This document shows, in pieces, positions 59,152-64,000 of a stretch of DNA of 64,000 bases. The notes under the pieces are model-generated. The model worked only from the letters and a program-made list of their open reading frames with translations. It was not told where the DNA came from and did no database searches. A program made the position numbers and the translations under genes. The DNA comes from the human T2T-CHM13v2.0 reference genome, Homo sapiens, in NCBI RefSeq assembly GCF_009914755.1, contig NC_060926.1; one strand, written 5' to 3'. The stretch's first letter is position 1. Every line of letters starts with the position of its first letter.

Positions 59152-61715
59152 GTTCCTTCCTTTCAATCTCTTCTTTTTAATTGTATAATGTATTATTGTT
59201 TAATATAGTTACTGGAAACAAATGACTTCTACCATTTAGTAATTTGTTTTCTATATGTCTTATATTCTTTGTCATTCCTCAGATTCTCTATTACTGACTT
59301 CTTTTGTGTCAAATAGATATTTTCTAGTGTGCCATGTTTATTGCCTTAGCATTTCTTTTACTATACATATTTGAGTAATTTTCTTAGTATTTGCTTTTAG
59401 AATCATAATTAACATCTTAATTTATAATAATTCATTTCACATTAGTAACAATTTAGTTTCATTAGTATATGAAAATATAGCCCTCTCCCCTCAATATGTT
59501 GTTGTCACAAATATTATCTTTAAACACTGTGTTTTTATCTACACAGATTTATAATACTGTTTTTTGTACTTGCCTTTTAAATCATAAGGAAATAAGAGGA
59601 GTTTCAAACAAAAGATATATCAATCCTGACATGCATATCTGCTTATGAAATTGCCCTTACTGGTGTTCTTTTCTTTGTATGTATTCAGATTATTAATTTT
59701 CTTTTATTTCAGCCTAAAGGACATTCTTTAACATTTCTGGTAGGAAAGGTCTACTAATGACAAACTATCTGAATTTTTATTTATCTGTAATGCCTCCTTC
59801 ATTTTGCAAGAAGAGTTTTACCAAATACAGAATTCTTGGTTAAGAGTTTTGTCTTTAGCAATTTAAATATAATTCCCCTACTTGCTAGCTTCTATAATTT
59901 CTGATACAAATTAGTTATTATTATCATTGAGAATCTCTTGTATGTGGCAAGTTGATTATCTCTCAATGCTTCTAAGATTTTCTTTTTTTCTTTGTCCTCC
60001 AAAAGTTTGATTATAACATGTCTGGTGTGGATCTCTTTGAGTTTTTTCTATTTGGAATTCATTGTGCTTTTCAGCTGTATAGATTAATGTTTTTCATTAA
60101 ATTTAGGAAGCTGTCAGCTATTATTTATTCAAATACTCTTTCTGTCCCCCTTTTCCTCTTCTTTTCTGCTGGAACTCTATTATGTAGATATTGGTAACAC
60201 ATCGTAGTGTCCCAGGACTCTTAGTGTCTATTTATTTTGTCTCATTTTTTTATTTATATTCTCAGATCAAATAATCTCAATTAACCTATCTTTAGGTTTG
60301 CTTTATTCTTTCTTCCGCCTACTCAGATTGGCCAGTGAAACTCTCTAGTGTTTTTCCTTTTACATTTCAGTTTTGTAGTTTTTGTCTCCAGAATTTGTTT
60401 CATTCATTTTTATAAATTATGTATCTTTATTCATTTTCCTTACTTGGTAAGAAAGTTTCCTCATGGTAATTTTGGGTTATTTGCACATCTTTTGAGCATT
60501 TTTAAAATAGTTGGTTTAAAGTCTTAATTTAGTAACTGCAGTATCTGATCTTTCTCAGGAAGGGTTTTTATAGTTTTTGAATTTTCCCATGTAGAAAGCA
60601 TACTACTTTTTGTGTGTTTCTTATACATTTTGTTGAAAATAGAATATTATGTATATTATAATGTACTAATTTTTGGAAAACATTATCTTTCTTTCAGGGT
60701 TTGTAGTTGTTGCTTCTTGTAGATGTGCCTTTTTTAGTAACTTTATTGAACTTATTTTGTAGTATATATATTTTTTGATATGTGTGGCTGTTGAAGAATC
60801 TGTTTCATTAGCTCTGTTGTTAGCTAGGGTTGGCCAGAAGTTTTCTTAAGTGTCTGGGACTGAGAAAAACATGTTCCAATTTCTGAACATAGGCTTTTTG
60901 AGTGGTCACACATGCCTTTGAGACACTGCTAGGTAGTTTACAAGTCTGTCTGAGCCTTTACTTCTGATTTCCACAAAGCTTAAATGCCACCCAGACATAA
61001 GAGCTTAGGGCATTTTCAGACCTTTCCTAAGCATGTGCGTATCTTTATGTGTTCATGGCTTTCTAGAGTCCCATAAACGTTTTGGAGATTTTCAAAGCCC
61101 TAATCCCCAAGGAATTGTATTCCCCAGCTTTCCTTCAAGATTTTTGTTTAGTCTATTGTTTTTCCCCACAATTAGCCACTGTCCCAGGCAATAATGGCTA
61201 ATAAATTTGCCTCTTAAAGGCTTTAAACAAATGCGTCCTGAGCAGCTGCCTCAACTGAGACTGTTCTGAGGTAGATCAAAGACCAATCCTTTGGACATCC
61301 TCTGTTGAGCCAACACACAGATCAAAGCACACTAGCACAATTCTTGGCAGGTAAGTTTCATTCTGCAACTTTGTGCACCAATACCTGAACGAGGAATATG
61401 ATTGTTATCTTCAAGGTAACCAACGAACTGAGAGTGGGAGTGGGAACAGGGTAAGTTAAATGTCACAAAACTCTTTTTTCTTACTGAGATTTTCATTATT
61501 CATTTATGGATTAATTTATTTATTGAGGTTTTTTTTGGTTATGCATTCCCATGTCTGCTGTAAATTTTAGTTTCTAGAGTTCCAAAAATTTTGACTTAAG
61601 CAGGATTTCCAGTTTATTTTTTGCTTTTATGGAGGAATAGATTTTGGAATATTGTAATACATACATACATGAAATTATCAAAAGATGGCTATCTTGCTGG
61701 AAGCTAAATTTCAGT
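58431..61715 (-). mobile_element. Old L1M (EN, ORF1, 5' region) remnant
   Basis: Antisense L1M phrases (ttgtttaatggcctaatatggtc, tttgaatctgaaatgagtctcttg, gtttgattataacatgtctggtgtggatctctttgag). Confidence 0.75.
59107..59152 (+). repeat. (TG)n microsatellite with an imperfect 3' end
   Basis: Directly visible. Confidence 0.95.
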
Positions 61716-61849
61716 ATACTCCCACCATTTTTCAATCTCAAATCTGTTTCCCATTTCTGTTTCTGACACCTGGCTGAAAACATTGGCATCAGTTTTGCAG
61801 GCATTGTCTTTCTTTATACCTTACAGTTAATAAATTGTCAGTAAATTGT

Positions 61850-62375
61850 CAGCACCCCATTTCTGTACACCATCTCCTTACAAGAAATTCTCAGGATCTT
61901 TAAACAAATCCACTGTGATAGCTTCCTAGCTAAAAGCTATGCCTCTAGACTTTTCTCCACCTAGTGTTCTAAAAGTAAACTTTTCTCTTTTTTATTCCGA
62001 TGTCACCCAAATTCTTTTAGGCAACAAAATAGAACTACTTGTTGATTCTCAAATATTGTGTATGTGTCCATGTCAATTTCAGATGTCTTTTTGTTACCAA
62101 TAAAATCTAAGTTATTGCTATTATTTATCCAACTACAAATACCACATATTTAGGGGAACTCTTCCTCCCACAATAGAGGTTAAATCTCTAACTGTTTTTA
62201 CTAATGTTACTTTATCCTGTCATTATTTTATTGTAGTCTTTGTATGTATATATGCATTATACTTCTTGAAAAGTCTTCTGAGGGCAGAGATTGGCCTTTT
62301 TATTTTTGTATCTAGTACCTTTCTAAGTGTTTTTGCATCAGTTTTCTACTCAGAAAATATGCATTGAATTGAGCG
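61850..62375 (+). mobile_element. L2 3' remnant
   Basis: cttctgagggcagagattggcc...tttgtatctagtacc...tactcagaaaatatgcattgaattga. Confidence 0.6.
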
Positions 62376-63289
62376 AAATACCTAATGTAATTCGCTTATC
62401 AAAATTTGGCAACATGTAATTCATTAAATATACATGTTTCATGTATGTACCAACCATCAAATTTAATAATTATGAATATCCCCCAGATATTGCTATTCTG
62501 TTGCAGAAAAGAGTCAAATAACAGTTATGTTAGAAAAAGGTTAAATATATATGTTTTTTGTAGAAATGTCAGAGGAAGTCCTCAATGAGCAACTCTTCAA
62601 TATAAGCTGGAAAATATAGCAATTGCACTTTTTACTTTTATGTAAAGAAAGTCTATATTTATAGATCAGCTGGCTATACTTTCATAGAAATCTTTTAAAA
62701 TATTTGCATACCTTGAGGATTAAAGATGACTCCTTTATAAAAGATCATTAAGAAGTTATATTATAATTAAAATTTTATTTACTGTATGATCAAAGTTGTT
62801 TTGTGACTTTTCCTTGTCTTCCGAATCACAATAAATAGGTATTTATCTCCTTGCTTTTAGTCAAATGATTGTAAATGGGCATTGAGGGAATATTTTTCTT
62901 CAGATTTGTTGACTGAATTTTTGTAAGGCCAAGCCATTCTTACCTCTTTAATATTCTTAGTAATTACTCCACACAGTGCTATGATTGCTCATTCTGTTCT
63001 TCATTTACAGTAAGGACACACAATGATTAATTACCTCTGATTCTGTTGGCCAGGTTTCATTACCCATACAAAATATATTAGTAGTCTTGGAGAATGGGTA
63101 TTTTTAAGGGCTTTTCATCAAAATTTCCTGTTGTGCATCCTCGGTATGACCATCTTTCTGTGGTCCTCTTCATTGAATGGAAAGAAGGCTCAGCCTCTGT
63201 TGACATTTCCATCATGTCTTGACTGTGCAGCATTATCTTAACTTTTATCATCAAATTTTGAATTTTCTCAAAAACTTTCATAGGTGTTA

Positions 63290-63425
63290 TGCTAATCATT
63301 TTATTCTCAGCACACTCAAGAAGGGAAATGAAAGTGAATGTAACTGTGCCTATTTACATATGAGAAAACTGAAACCCAGAAAGGTTACATGAGTTAAGTT
63401 TAATGGCCAAAACCAGTTCTGCTGA
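63290..63425 (-). mobile_element. MIR remnant
   Basis: cctatttacatatgagaaaactgaaacccagaaaggtta matches the antisense MIR core. Confidence 0.6.
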
Positions 63426-64000
63426 GAACTAGCTCATTTCTATTTTTATAAAGTTATGCTGCTGTCATTGATTGATTATAATCTTCCTGGACAAAAATGT
63501 TTTCCATGTAATTGTTTTTATGCTATCTCAGAGGGATTTTGGTAAACAAAACTTATTTTACCAATTTTGAGAAATGCAGAAGAAAATAATGTTATTTAAG
63601 CTTGTATAGTTTCTATGTCATGTGTTTTTTTTCTCTTAAGGGCTAGAATCAGTGTAATGTACTAAGATATTAGTAATTCTTTTTATTAGTAGTATTTATC
63701 ACGTTTCAGTAGAACCTTCAATGAAACATATGTATCAAAAATGGCACCAAGAATGTTGAAGAACTAGTGAAAAAGAAAACCTGATAGCATAATCTACGTG
63801 TGCAAATTTTCCTTCATTGGTCCCATTAACCAACTTGTAATAAACTTTAAATAAACTGTTTATTTTTAGCTAAATGAAAGCTATCTTCCATACTTTGAAA
63901 GGAGCAAAAGTTACATGTGATATTCAAACCCACTTCATGGTATTGTGACATACCTGAGTACATATATATATGTTTTAAAGACTTTTATGATGTATTTTAG

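Overview
AT-rich, CpG-poor primate genomic DNA (human or ape-like, judged from Alu, L1PA, THE1 and HERV-L content). It is dominated by interspersed repeats and looks intergenic or deep-intronic. I can support no host protein-coding exon, RNA gene or CpG-island promoter. The longer ORFs are L1, ERVL, Alu or LTR-derived, or short chance ORFs. Main elements: a full-length decayed L1PA8-11-type LINE with a 14-bp TSD (12419-18657, -); a nested block at 22351-29860, where an old L1 holds a minus-strand composite 'provirus' (THE1D LTR + THE1-int, fused to HERV-L gag-pro-deleted pol + MLT2A LTR); a younger 5'-truncated L1PA3-like copy (42339-43990); two twin-primed (5'-inverted) L1s; about a dozen Alus, including a fused AluY/AluYd dimer; several solo LTRs, one with a 63-bp microinversion; and old L1M, L2 and MIR remnants plus microsatellites. 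I did not find a convincing new gene system. The notable signals are transposon-architecture and mutational events. Subfamily names come from remembered consensus motifs, not from a database search.
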